Shown here piece by piece: positions 1 through 15,867 of a DNA stretch of 64,000 nucleotides. The stretch is from Blastocystis sp. Blastoise (lineage: Eukaryota; Protista; Bigyra: Opalinata). The position numbers and the translations under genes were made by a program. Each line of letters opens with the position of its first letter. Positions within the stretch are counted from its first letter, which is position 1. The notes beneath the pieces were generated by a model that was not told the origin of the DNA, made no database searches, and was given only the letters and a program-made list of their open reading frames with translations. The stretch is from NCBI GenBank assembly GCA_039096225.1, contig JBBPEB010000018.1, positions 186,001 through 250,000 of the forward strand, given 5' to 3'.

Positions 1-375
1 TTAATGTTGTTTTAGAACGATTAATTCCTGGAGCTACTTTTAAACTATATTATTCTTATATTTAGATTCCTATTTACTTTTATATATATAGTTATTATTT
101 AATTATCTTACTATTTTAAAATTTATCCTATATGTTATTTTTCTTTATATAGCCAGTCATCTATAAAACTCTTTGTTCTAATTTTATTTCTGTATTTACG
201 ATGAGCTGTTTGTTTTCTTCTATTTGCCTTTTAGAAGGTAAAGGTATCAAAGGATGTAAAGTATATAACTATACATATCATTTACATATTATTAATAAAG
301 TAATAGTATTTTAGTTTTTTTAATAATAATATATCTTTTATTATATATATATTTATTTGCTAATTTCATTTTTTT

Positions 376-464
<89 letters not shown>

Positions 465-837
465 ATGTTCCTCCCCTATAAGAAAAGTGTAAGCGAGATA
501 TATTCCCAACATGGGTAGTAGGGAACTTTGTATGGATTCCTTATAATATAGTACAATATTTATTTGTACCTCTATATATGAGACAAATTGTTAGTAGTAC
601 TTTTGGAAGTATATATTTATATATTTATATTTATATATATTTATATTTATATATTTATATTTATATATTTATATTTATATATTTGTATTTATATATTTAT
701 TATTGTTATTTTACTATATTATTTATATTTTTTAATTGTTTACTCATATATTAATAGTTTTATATATATTTAATACTATTAATATATTTCCTATAGCATT
801 ATGGAATATCTTCTTATCGAATCAAGCTGCAAAGTAA
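1..837 (+). CDS. Mpv17/PMP22 family membrane protein (5'-truncated by window edge; 4 visible exons)
   Basis: Spliced translation ..VLERLIPGATFK|PVIYKTL..LEGKGIKGCK|EKCKRDIFPTWVVGNFVWIPYNIVQYLFVPLYMRQIVSSTFG|TLWNIFLSNQAAK* carries the family WP..Q..NF..VP...R and W..YLS-like motifs. Stop TAA at 835-837. Two junctions look non-canonical (see findings). Confidence 0.8.
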
Positions 838-1717
838 TATGAATAATATATATATATATATATATCATATTCTTCTGTTTATCCCTTTTGTCTTTTGTGT
901 ATTTTCATCCGTTTCACTTTTCCACTTTTAACATATTTTCTATATCTATTATTTGTTTTGTAATCCTTTCAGTTTTTCTTTTAATATAAATAGTTGATGG
1001 CCAATTTTTTTAAATAATTACACGAAACGTAATAGTCTGCGTAATATCATGAATCTCTTCGTTAATAAAACAAATGTACAAGATAAAGAATTCTTATTAA
1101 TAAAAGCATGAATTATTCATATGAATATTAATTATTTTATAGCATAGGATAGAGAGAATAATTTAAAATATGTTTATAAAATTATACTGAAGATAAAAGA
1201 AATCAGTTTTATAGAAATGTATTTTATACAAAATGTTTTTTATTTTAGTTTATTAAAAAAAAAACAAATAAATCACTTAAAATTTTGAAAAGTAGAATAT
1301 AGCATAGAGAATGCCTAATAAGTACTAATAAGTTTACATATAAATAATTATAATAATGTTGTAATGACAAAAAAAGTAAAAATAATATATACATATACTT
1401 TTGAAAAACAGAATTATATATATAAAAAGAAATCTAAATTTGCTAAAGTATAAATATATATATATATACATTATAATGGATATATAGATATAAAGATATA
1501 GAAGAATTGAAAAAAGGAGATAAATAATGAATAGATACAGATGAAAGTGAAGAAGATATAGTAATATACTTTAATACTATAACAACGACGTATATATACA
1601 TAAATACTCTTAATAAATAATAAATAATTAATAACATAAAAGAATTTAATTAAAAAAAAATTTAAAAAATTAAAACTAAATAAGAATAATAGAAATAATA
1701 GTATAAAAATGCATCGT

Positions 1718-1803
1718 CTATTCAACACTGTAATTATTCACGGATAATCCACACTTCTGAGAGAAATCAACTGGGACATTATCAGAGGTAATAACAGAAT
1801 CAA

Positions 1804-1843
<40 letters not shown>

Positions 1844-2327
1844 TATAGACATAGTATTTTAGAATATCAAAACAATAGTAGTGATTATAAGTATATATAT
1901 AAGTATATACATTAAGAGTACTATAGGTATGTTCAGTAATGAAGGATACAGTAACAGGGAAGAAATCTTCTTCCGTTCCTTCAGTTATATGGAACTCCAT
2001 GGTACCCTCACTATATATATATATATATAAGAAGGATAAGTATTGTTGAATAAGTAAATAAAGTAGTAAAATAAGTATAATAATGAATATATATATATAT
2101 ATATACGCATTATCAGCATTAATAGTGGGGATATCCCATTGTAGAATAGAGTCCTTATTGAAATATGTGTAATGATCCTCACAAGCAGTGACGTCAGGTG
2201 ATGACGAAGGGTGTGGCAGAGGAATACAAATATGAACATCACTCAAAGAAGCAATAATATCAGGATTAAATGTATATCTATATATAATATTATATAATAT
2301 TTATGTATAATAGAATAATATATATAT

Positions 2328-2358
<31 letters not shown>

Positions 2359-4366
2359 CTCTAAAGTAACTGTGTTACCGTTATTATCTTGTTCAGGCCA
2401 GCACGTGAGAGTAAGAGGGAGATAGGAGGGATCTTGAGAGGGTACTTTCCAACGGATAACTGACACAGAATTATCTATATTAAATAGTATTAAATAATAT
2501 ATGTATATACTATAATAGTATAGAATAGTGTATAATAATAATGGTATAATAATATATATATATACTAAGAGGGAAAGATCGTTTGCTATCTTTAAGCATT
2601 AATATTCCTTCCGAAATGAACTTTTGTTTATCTATAGTAGGGTGAATCATCAATTGAACACGAGAGAGATCGGTTGACTGAGTATGAACTTGAAGAGATT
2701 GACACGCAGGGTTAGTCACGTACAGAGATAAACTACCTTTAATTTCTAAGTTATTAATAGACCCATCTCTAGAGATAGAGGCACTGATGGTTTCTTCAAT
2801 AGTGATATTCACATCATGAGTATCTATATATATATATATATATATAAGAGTATTCCATATTATTGAAAAATAAGTTATATATATATATATACCAACAGGA
2901 GCTTGAGGTTGTACGGGTTCGACTTTGGCGGCAACGGCAGCACGACTTGGAGTGGCGGGAAGAGAGATATTCTCCTCACGAACAAAATCATTCATAAGAG
3001 AATTAGCTTTCTTAGCTCCTAATTTAAGACCTGAAGAGAAAGAAGCAGGGATCTCTCTATAATAATAATAATAATAATAATATATAATAATAATAATAAT
3101 AATAATATAGTATATAATAATATATAATAATATATAATAATATATAATAGTATATAATAATATATAATATATAATATTCTAAATATACTGTTGAGGAGTA
3201 GGAGATCGATAGACTTCGGGTTCCTTGTAGGCGGGACTGAGGGTGGGAGTGGCGGCAACGGGAACCGCGGGCTCCGTAGTGGTGGCAGCGGGACGAACTT
3301 GAGCAGTTAATTCTTTAGCCTATAGGATATAAAACAAGGAATATAGTATATATTATAGAATATATTATAGAATAAAATATTTATATAGAACTACTATAGA
3401 TATGCAACTATATATATATATTATTAAATTATGATTGTCTATACCTTTTGTTTGGATAATTCTTTAGCAGCATTCATCTTACTTTCATTCACCATATTGA
3501 CCAACTTCTCCTCATGGCTCTCCATTGCCTATGTATATATATATATATATATAATCATATTATATTATATTATATTAAAATATATAACAAATATGACAAT
3601 AATAATAAACTATTAAAAAACATAAATATCACTATATCTTATAAAATAAATTCTAATATATCTATATATATAAGAATCATACAAGATTGACTCTAACTTG
3701 TTGAAGAGAAATAGGTTCTACGTGACCTCCATAAGTGAGTAGTTCATCAATAGCCATAATGATCTTAAATGCATTCTCTATTATTGCTTCTTCTTTGACA
3801 CTCTCGGCAAACTCAGGTACAGCTAAGAAATACGATAAGAATAATTATAAACATTCATATATAAAGAATAATAATATATATAGTAGAAAAATAATAATAA
3901 TAAATATATGAAACATGTATATACAATAAACACACTACAGAATAAAAATAATATCAATATTTATTATGTAAAATAATTAAAAAAATTAACTCAAAAAAAA
4001 AAAAGCAAGTACCTTTTGAGAGTGTACGTAAAGTTTCGATATCTTGAATAATATTAGAAGATAAAGTTGTGACAATTAAGATAATCAAATTTTCCAAAGG
4101 TTGATAAACATATCTAACTTGATTATTTTCAATAAATGTGTGTTGCTTTGCAGTTTCTCCTAACAATTTTGGGAATACAGTAAGATATCCTTCGACTTTA
4201 GCTCTTGAAATGTTTACAAATTCTCGAGAGAGTAATACTAAAAATATAGTAATTCGTTTAAAAGAATAAACTACACGCTATTCATACCTTTTCCAGATTT
4301 TGTAAGGACAGCACATAATAATACAACCTAAATTATCAATGATTACAAGAAATACATATATACCAT
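1718..4366 (-). CDS. ARCN1: Coatomer subunit delta (delta-COP), ~12 exons
   Basis: M|VVLLCAVLTKSGKVLLSREF; QHTFIENNQVRYVYQPLE; SNIIQDIETL; MESHEEK; C-terminal mu-homology domain (ISRDGSINNLEIKGSL, LPLTLTCWP, FFPVTVSF). All introns GT-AG and in frame. Confidence 0.95.
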
Positions 4367-4603
4367 TTTTTATTCAAATCTATTAAGCTACAATAAATTG
4401 AAAATATCTGTAAATACAATAAAGGTTGTTTCTTGATTGATAAACAGACGAATATGTCAATACAAAGATGGAAGAAAACAGATGCACGAAAAGTGATTAC
4501 TGTATTATTCCAAAGAATTTGTTGATTATCATAGATTTTTTTGAAAACCTTTTTATTTTTCTCTTTATTTTTTTGTAAATCATATTTTCCTGTACTATTT
4601 GCC

Positions 4604-4990
4604 ATGAATTCTTTTCGTAATGTATATTTTTTATTTTTTTATCACTTAGTATCTTCATATAGTGGGTTGCAGCCAACAGAGAAACAAAGGAACAACATGT
4701 TGAGCGATTAGAGAAACACATGAATCCTTTAAATGAAAAATGTGAAACATTAAAAGAAGAATGGGAAAAACCTGCTAAGCCTCAAGGTTTCTGGAAGAAC
4801 CATCAAATCACTCAAATGTACGAATACAGAAGAGATCATCCTCACTGTTATTCCATTGGTGTTGATCAAGATACTGGAGCTACTGTTCCTGCTAACTCTA
4901 TTGATACCGTATCTTTTATTATAAATATATATTCATAATATATTTATTTAGGTCTTATATCTTACCAAAAAACGTGCTGGCAAACTCTAA
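4604..4990 (+). CDS. Small orphan protein, 100 aa, 3 exons (4604-4621, 4663-4908, 4952-4990)
   Basis: GT-AG introns join in frame: MNSFRN|WVAANRETKEQHVERLEKHMNPL...SIDT|VLYLTKKRAGKL*. Exon-like base composition. No family recognised. Confidence 0.7.
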
Positions 4991-5393
4991 ACTCAACTTC
5001 AAAACTATTTCTCTTTTCTATTTTTATTTTCTATTATAATATTTCGTTTTTAAACATTAAAAATAAATATATATATACATATGCTTTTATAATCTTTTCT
5101 AATATCATCTATTCGTTTTGTATTTTTTTTTTTTGTGATTTTTGATAATAAATATTTTACAAGTAGTATAGAATAATATTTTATCTATAATAATATAAAT
5201 AAAACAAAACAATAAATCCAAAGAATAACAAAGCCCACTTTTTATTTATTATTTTAAGTAAATGTATTGGTATAAGTGATACATATGTTTAACAGTTGAT
5301 GTTTGATTATAGATCAAGTATGTATATAGAATAGATATATCTTATAAACATATAAGTTTCTTTTAACAACTATTCAAATAATTTTAATGATTT

Positions 5394-8747
<3,354 letters not shown>

Positions 8748-9116
8748 TTAATAATGAAATCAAATCTTTTATGTGTTGGGAATATATAACTTTATGTAAT
8801 TAAATAATGAAAGAACTATTCGAAATTATAAAGTCTAAAAAATAAAAAAAGAAAGGTCACAAATTAACCCTGGGTCTTTTCAGAAACTCAGTCATTTTTT
8901 ATATAAATTGATGAGAAATAATTTGTTTTTTGTTTTCTTCTTATATCGTTTTAATTTACACAGTATTCCATGAAAGAGTAGTCACATATTCGTGTCTTTA
9001 CTATCATTAATAATAAAACTAACATAACCAAAAATTGCACGTAATTACAAGTTGTGTAGGAAAATATATCGAAAAAAACAATTTCGCTCCATAATAAAAC
9101 AACAACTTTGATTACT

Positions 9117-10165
9117 TTACTCAATATCAATCCCTTTGAAAACTTTTTCATATAAATACCAATACAATTGAGGATTGTTCTCGTTATTTGATTGTTTATT
9201 CATTGTTTTTGAGTTGTTCTCAATTATTTTTGATTTATCTTTTGTATTCTGGTCATTATTTTGAAGATTTGTATCATCATTCCTTTCTTCATCTACACAG
9301 AAAGGGAATTCTTTAATTTCTTCTGTGGCGCTATCAATTTCTGAGGTGGAAATCTGTATTGTTATTTCTTGACTACTTTTTCTTATAAAGGGTCTTTTAT
9401 ATTGATGTTTGAATGTCCATATATTTTTAATATTTTCATTTAGAATGGGTTTACTACTTGAAAACATCAGAAATAGTTTCATTTTTACTGATTCCCTATA
9501 TATATTTATTTACATATATAAAGACAAATAGAAATCACTATTATACAAAGAAATATAAGGTTGTGACAATTGAATCAAAGATTCCATATATCTCTTTGAA
9601 TATTGACTAGTTTCCTTTATATATGATTAAATAGATAATAAGTAATAAATACAGAATCTGATATGGAATAATCTTTAGTCAAATGTGGAAATTTAATATG
9701 CAACGACACTCTTGGAGTTGTATAATTATTACCATATAATAAGTAACCTACTTAACTAGTTTTAAGATTCTAGAATTAAAATACATTCTTCGAATTCAAA
9801 ACTGTTAGTAAGGAAGAATTCGATATCTTGTGAAATAGAAATCCAATAAAGACTCATACTTGTTAATCCTTTACTATGCCTATAAAAAGAATTATCTTAT
9901 GGATCTAAGAAGAAATCAGAATAAATACTCAATTTCTTGTTGATTATAATAAACATAAAGCTGCTGAAACAATCTATCTGAAGAATGAGAAATATATGTA
10001 AATAATTATACAGTGGTGTTTGTTGCAGATTATACAGCCAATATGATATCGTATTTGTGATTATTAGGTTTTTCAATTTAGTATTTGGCACCATGGGTAA
10101 TCTATTTTTTATAAATTACCTTACATATCATTGGAATACTTTATATATATAGTATTTTTGCTCAT
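9117..10165 (-). CDS. p31comet / MAD2L1-binding protein-like HORMA protein (divergent)
   Basis: Spliced YWLYNLQQTPLLFQQL, YLLYGNNYTTPR, MKLFLMF and C-terminal LYWYLYEKVFKGIDIE parallel remembered p31comet motifs (MYQRQQLPLPYEQL, ILLGGNALSPK, IWFQAPVTFKGF). Start is 10165 if a 23-nt intron is used, otherwise 10094. Confidence 0.6.
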
Positions 10166-10353
10166 TTATATAAATAAGAATAATAATGTGCGTCAAATAA
10201 ATAAACAAAAAATCGACAAAAAAGAAACCGTTCTTCAATCAAAATTTAGAAAAATACTTTTTAAAGGAGGTATTTGTTTATTAAAAGTTATTTTCTTTTA
10301 AGTATTATATTAAAAATGAATTAAGTATATTACTTAAAGTAAATAATATAAAT

Positions 10354-11291
10354 ATGCAACAATCGTCATCGTTCTTAAAGTTTTCATCAGGTAATCATTC
10401 AAAGTCTCCTATCAATAAGTAAGATTTTCATTAATTTATTCCTGATTGAGATTAAAGAAATCCATTTCTTGCAAGACAGTTTCAAAAGCCAGCTGCGTTA
10501 CAACAAACTTTTCCTCATGTTCAAAAGGATCAAGTAATTAAAGAAGATATATCGAATCCAGTGGATGTATGTTTGTGCAGCTAATTATTATAACGATTAT
10601 TGTGTCTATATCACATTATTATTATTTTCAGGTTCAACAAGACACTTCAACGAATCAAGAAGAGACTAATTTATTAATTACAAATGAAAAAGACGTGGAT
10701 AACAGTTCTGCTCATAATTCAGATCAATATGATCAAGTAAGAATACTTTTTATGATCTAATTACTGTGATAATAATCGATATTTTAATGGATTGTTTAAA
10801 TATATAGTCTTTTAATAGAAAGAATGATATGCATATTGTAGATAGTGATAATAATATGAGTAATTCTTATGTTGAGTCGTCTCATTTGTCGTCAAGTGTA
10901 GTTTCTGATAATGAAGGTCATCATAATAGTCAAGATATTCATTCGATATCTTCAGAAGATAGTCAGCTTTTGTCTATCTTTTCCAAATTTAGAGAGAATA
11001 TTACTCAATATATAGAGTCATATAAAGAGCAAATGGAAGAAATATATAAAGAAGAATGTGACTTAAATCAGGATATGGATCAAGCCAAACTATCATTAGA
11101 AAAAGTATGTTTTTATTATACTATTCTCAGAATACTTTTATGATCTTTGTTATATGTTTCATAATTATATAATAATAATATAGGAGATTCAGAATCAAGA
11201 AGATCAAATTCAAAACTTTGCATTACAAGCGCAAGCATTTCAATCTGTGATTTCTAATTGTTTTGGAAATGTAATTAAACAAAGTCCCTAA
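10354..11291 (+). CDS. Hypothetical protein, Ser-rich with C-terminal predicted coiled coil (5 exons)
   Basis: Four GT-AG introns join in frame from MQQSSSFLKF to ..NVIKQSP*. C-terminal E/Q-rich heptad-like segment. Head-to-head with the p31comet-like gene. Confidence 0.7.
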
Positions 11292-11342
11292 TATAATTCT
11301 CTATTATTTTATTATAAAACATTTGTTGATCTTTAAAGAATG

Positions 11343-11450
11343 AAAAATGCTAAATTAAAAAATAATGGCTATAAAATGCTAATTTAAAAAGTGATAGTGG
11401 AAAAATGCTAATTTAAAAAATAATGGTTTTAAAATGCTAATTTAAAAATA
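11343..11450. repeat. Intergenic minisatellite, ~4 copies of a ~29-bp unit containing AAAATGCTAATTTAAAAA
   Basis: Directly visible between two convergent 3' ends. Confidence 0.8.
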
Positions 11451-11549
11451 ATTTATTAGCAAAATTAATAATAACAATAGAATTAATAACAAAAAATATA
11501 ACAAAACTAACGAAAGCGAAAAAAATATATAGCAACAATTATGACTTGT

Positions 11550-11894
11550 TTAACAAACGTTAATGACTTCATATTCAATGCAAGCAGCAACAAGTTCAGC
11601 AGCAGTACCAGCACGACCAACGGGCATGTTGTTCTTATCGAAATGATAATATTCAATACAGGTATTGCAAACAGCAATTTCAGAACCACGTTCTTGAATC
11701 TTTCTTAAGGGTTCTAAGAGAGTTTCATCATCGGTGAAGACAAGTTTAGCTCCTTCGTTGGAGAAAAAGAGTAATTTAGGAACATCACTAGCAATAGCAA
11801 GATTCTTTAAGAAACCACGAATGACTTTCTTACCTAATTCTTCATTAGGACCAATCTTATTATCAGTGAAATAGAAAACCTTATTACAAACCAT
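11550..11894 (-). CDS. Intronless DsrE-fold protein similar to the C-terminal domain of bacterial selenium-metabolism sulfurtransferase YedF (114 aa)
   Basis: KIGPNEELGKKVIRGFL..L....PK.LFFSNEGAKL...ERGSEIAVCNTCIEYY....VG follows the YedF pattern G..DEELG..L.K.F..L / P....F.N.GV.L / G.EI..CGTCL.YY / VG. First ATG is at 11894; the ORF-track start is a TTG. Confidence 0.85.
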   Translation of the reverse strand: MVCNKVFYFTDNKIGPNEELGKKVIRGFLKNLAIASDVPKLLFFSNEGAKLVFTDDETLLEPLRKIQERGSEIAVCNTCIEYYHFDKNNMPVGRAGTAAELVAACIEYEVINVC

Positions 11895-12052
11895 ACTTAA
11901 AACAAACAACAACAATAAAAAAATGACATCTTTTCTTTTCAAAAGTTTCTATTTTAGATAGACTTTATGAATCAATAGAATACGAGATATTTTCTTGTTA
12001 CCAAATGAAATGTATAGAACACATACTCTGTCATCAAAACACTAATAATGGA

Positions 12053-12108
12053 GAAAACCACGGGAATGATTTTTGAGTTTCCCAGGATTCTCGTGAAACA
12101 CGGTTTTC
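12053..12108. promoter_or_regulatory. Candidate bidirectional promoter element between the DsrE and Rpt1 genes
   Basis: GAAAACC..GGTTTTC and CACGGGAAT..ATTCTCGTG inverted pairs plus TTTCCCAGG in a 320-bp head-to-head gap. Confidence 0.45.
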
Positions 12109-12215
12109 TTAAGAAAAAGGCGGTGATTGTTGAGATTGAATAAACTGTTCTTCTTTTTCTTGAACTTTCTTAATATACTTTAAATAGTAACATTATATCT
12201 TGATAAATTAGATAA

Positions 12216-12675
12216 ATGGACATAGAAACTAATAAAAATAGTAATCCAGATGATACTCAAAAGGAAGAGGAAACTAAAAATATTCCTTTTACTATCAATG
12301 AAGAAGAAGTATTGAAATTGAAAAAATTTATGGGGCCTTACGCTACTCCAATTCAAAATCTAGAGAAGAAAGTCAAAGATTTAGAACAACAAGTCACTCG
12401 TTCTATAGGTATTTTTTGTTGTTTATTATATAAAGAGATAGAAATACTTTTATTATATATGAAATCATTCATTTTTATTTTGTATTAGGTGCTCAAGAAA
12501 GTGATACTGGTTGTTCTCCTCCAAGTCAATGGAATCTTAAGGTTGACAAGATGAATGAAAATCAAAAACCTTTACTAGTATATTTATTCATTATTTTAGT
12601 TTGATGTTTTTCTATTTCTATTATTGTTATTAAACATTTTTAATTTATTATATATATATATATTTTTTTTCTTCT

Positions 12676-12707
<32 letters not shown>

Positions 12708-12991
12708 GATTGCACAATGTACACAGACAATAGATACTAAGTATTCTCAGACAGGTTATTTAGTAGATATCCCTAATGTAGCTAAATATGTATCTTCTCT
12801 GGATCGTAATGTATCCAGTATTGATATTGAAGTAGGAACACGTGTTGCTCTTAATCCAGGTACTTATACGATCTCCGTATATTTTTTAATATTATTTTAT
12901 ATTCTTATTATTGTTTTTATTTTTAACTATTTTTTGTTAGATTCTTATTTATTATCTATATATTCTATTCTATATACCCTATTTTCTCTCT

Positions 12992-13026
<35 letters not shown>

Positions 13027-14487
13027 TGTTGTTTCTCTCTCTTTAGAAATCCCTTCGTACGGCGATCGATCCCCTAGTGAGTATGATGGAGGTAGAGGAC
13101 AAGCCAGATGTCACATATGACGATGTTGGGGGTGCGAAAGAAGCTCTTAAGGAACTCCGAGAAGTCGTCGAAATCCCTCTTCTCCATCCCGAGAAATTCG
13201 TTGCCCTTGGTATTGACCCTCCTAAAGGTATATATATATATTATTATTATTATTTTTTTTATGATATTAATATTCATTGAATAATCTATATTATTTCAAA
13301 TAATGATTATATATATATATATATATATATAGGTGTTCTTCTTTATGGTCCTCCTGGTACAGGTAAGACCCTCACCGCACGTGCTGTAGCTAACAGAACT
13401 GAAGCTTGTTTCATCAGAGTCATTGGAAGTGAATTAGTGCAGAAATATGTTGGTCAGGGAGCGAAGACAGTTCGTGAATTATTTACTATGGCTCGATCTA
13501 AGAGAGCATGCATTGTATATATATATTATATATATTATATATTATATATATTATATATAATATATATTATATATTATATATATTATATATAATATAGATA
13601 TTCTTTGATGAAATCGATGCTATTGGCGGTACCCGATTTGATGGCGGGGATGACAGCGCTGATGGTGAAGTTCAAACCACTATGCTCGAAATAGTCAACC
13701 AAGTATATATAGTGTATTATTATTATGATTATTATTTATTATTTTATTGTTATCTCCTTATATTGAATACATTTATCTATTTATTTCACTTCTCCTCCTA
13801 TCCTCTCTATTAACTATATATATATATATAATTGGATGGTTTTGATGCTCGTGGTAATATTAAAGTATTAATGGCTACTAATAGACCGGATACTCTGGAT
13901 CCCGCGCTTAAAAGACCCGGCAGACTTGATCGTAAAATTGAATTTGGTCTACCTGACTTAGAAGGTCGTACTCAAATATTTAAAATTCACAGTCGAAGCA
14001 TGTCCGTAGAACGAGGTGTTCGGTATATATTATTATTCTGATTATTATAGTTGCTATTATTATACTTATTATACTAAGTATTGTTATCTTATTTTTCTTT
14101 TCTTTATTTGAAATAATATTTATTTATATTATATACTAATCATAAAAATTAGTATATATATATATATTCTTATATCTATATATAGATATGAACTTCTTGC
14201 TCGTTTATGTCCTAACGCTACAGGAGCTGAAATCCGATCTGTCTGTACAGAAGCAGGTATATATATATATATTATAATTATATAAATATATTATCATTAT
14301 ATAAATATATTATTATAAAAATATATTATAATTATAAAAATATATTTCCCTCTTTTTTATAGGTTTATTTGCTATTCGAGACCGTCGAAAGGCCATCAGT
14401 GAAAAGGATTTCTTAGATGCTGTTGATAAGGTTATAAAAGGATATCAAAAATTCTCTTCAACATCTAAATATATGGTCTATAATTAA
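12216..14487 (+). CDS. PSMC2: 26S proteasome AAA ATPase Rpt1 (regulatory subunit 7), 9 exons
   Basis: [27 protein letters not shown], Walker A GPPGTGKT, Walker [36 protein letters not shown]-terminus KYMVYN*. Confidence 0.97.
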
Positions 14488-15867
14488 TTATTAATAAATA
14501 AACAAACTACATTTCTTTGTTATATATATATATATATATTATAGCATTTTTAATAATTTGTTGGCTTTATTTAATAAAAATAAATTTCGATTTTAAAAAA
14601 CAAAACATAGATTATCTAACTAAATTATGATTGTTAAGGTTTTAAATAATAAGTAATATATATACTATATCTCGAACAAAAGATATATTTAACAAATAGA
14701 GAAGATATCAACACAGAAGCTATGGAAGCATGCAAAAAAAAATAAAGCGAAAAATTAATTAAAAAAAAAATTACCCATTTAAACAAGTGATAGAAAAGAA
14801 AGACAGATAAATCATTATTTACATTTTTAATAAATATATATATATAAATATTAAATAAATGATAGTCATAGAATCGAAAGAGAAACAAATGATGACTAGA
14901 AATAAAAAGAAACACTAAAATAAAAGAGGATAAATATATATACAAGACGATGTTAGCACAAATGAAATACGAAAAATAGCGAAATGAAATTAAGGCAGAT
15001 AATAGTAAAATAATGAATTCTAAGAATATGATTTGTATATGATTAATATATATATATAGAGTGTATATAGTAATAGAAACAATATTATTTCATATACTAC
15101 ATAGAACAGAGAAAAAAGAGAATGAATTGTTCTATATATGAAAAGGTATAATAATATACTGGACAAGAATAAAGAAGAAGAAAAATAAAATGAATATTAA
15201 AATATATCTTCATGAATATATAAAATAAGAATAATTCTTGTATATAAGAAAAGATTATATATATTATAATAGCATAGTTTTTAAAAATTAAATAACAAGA
15301 CAAATAAGACATCTAATAGCTATGTAATAAAAAGAAAAGATAATAAAGAAAACTATGACAATAAAGTATATAGATATATATAATGATATGAATTCAACAT
15401 GTGAATACATATTGAATTAAATATAAAGAATTAGCAAGACATGATATAAAATAAAATTATAAAAAAGTGATTACAACGACAAATAATCGACATTAAATAT
15501 ATAAATGCATAGCAATACTATAATGTATATAAATAAATATCTAAACAAAAAGAATATAAATAAATATATATATATATAAAACATTAAAAAGAAAGAACAA
15601 CAATATAAAAAAAAAATAGAATGACAAAAATGTGAATATTTTAAGAAAACTTAAAACTCATTTTATATCATTTTATCATTTACTAATAATATTATATATA
15701 TGTTAAAATAAACATAAAATATACTATTATATATTATATTAGAATGTTAAAATAGTAGATAAAAGAATACAATTATCAACAGATATGTTCAATATAAATA
15801 TATAAACAAAAAAAAACAATGAATCATCCAAAAGAAAAAAAAAATAATATATATATAATACTATTCT

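Noticed and set aside
11343-11450. CRISPR-like repeat-spacer pattern
   Set aside because: Spacers are only ~10 bp and similar to each other, the context is eukaryotic and there are no cas genes; it is a minisatellite.
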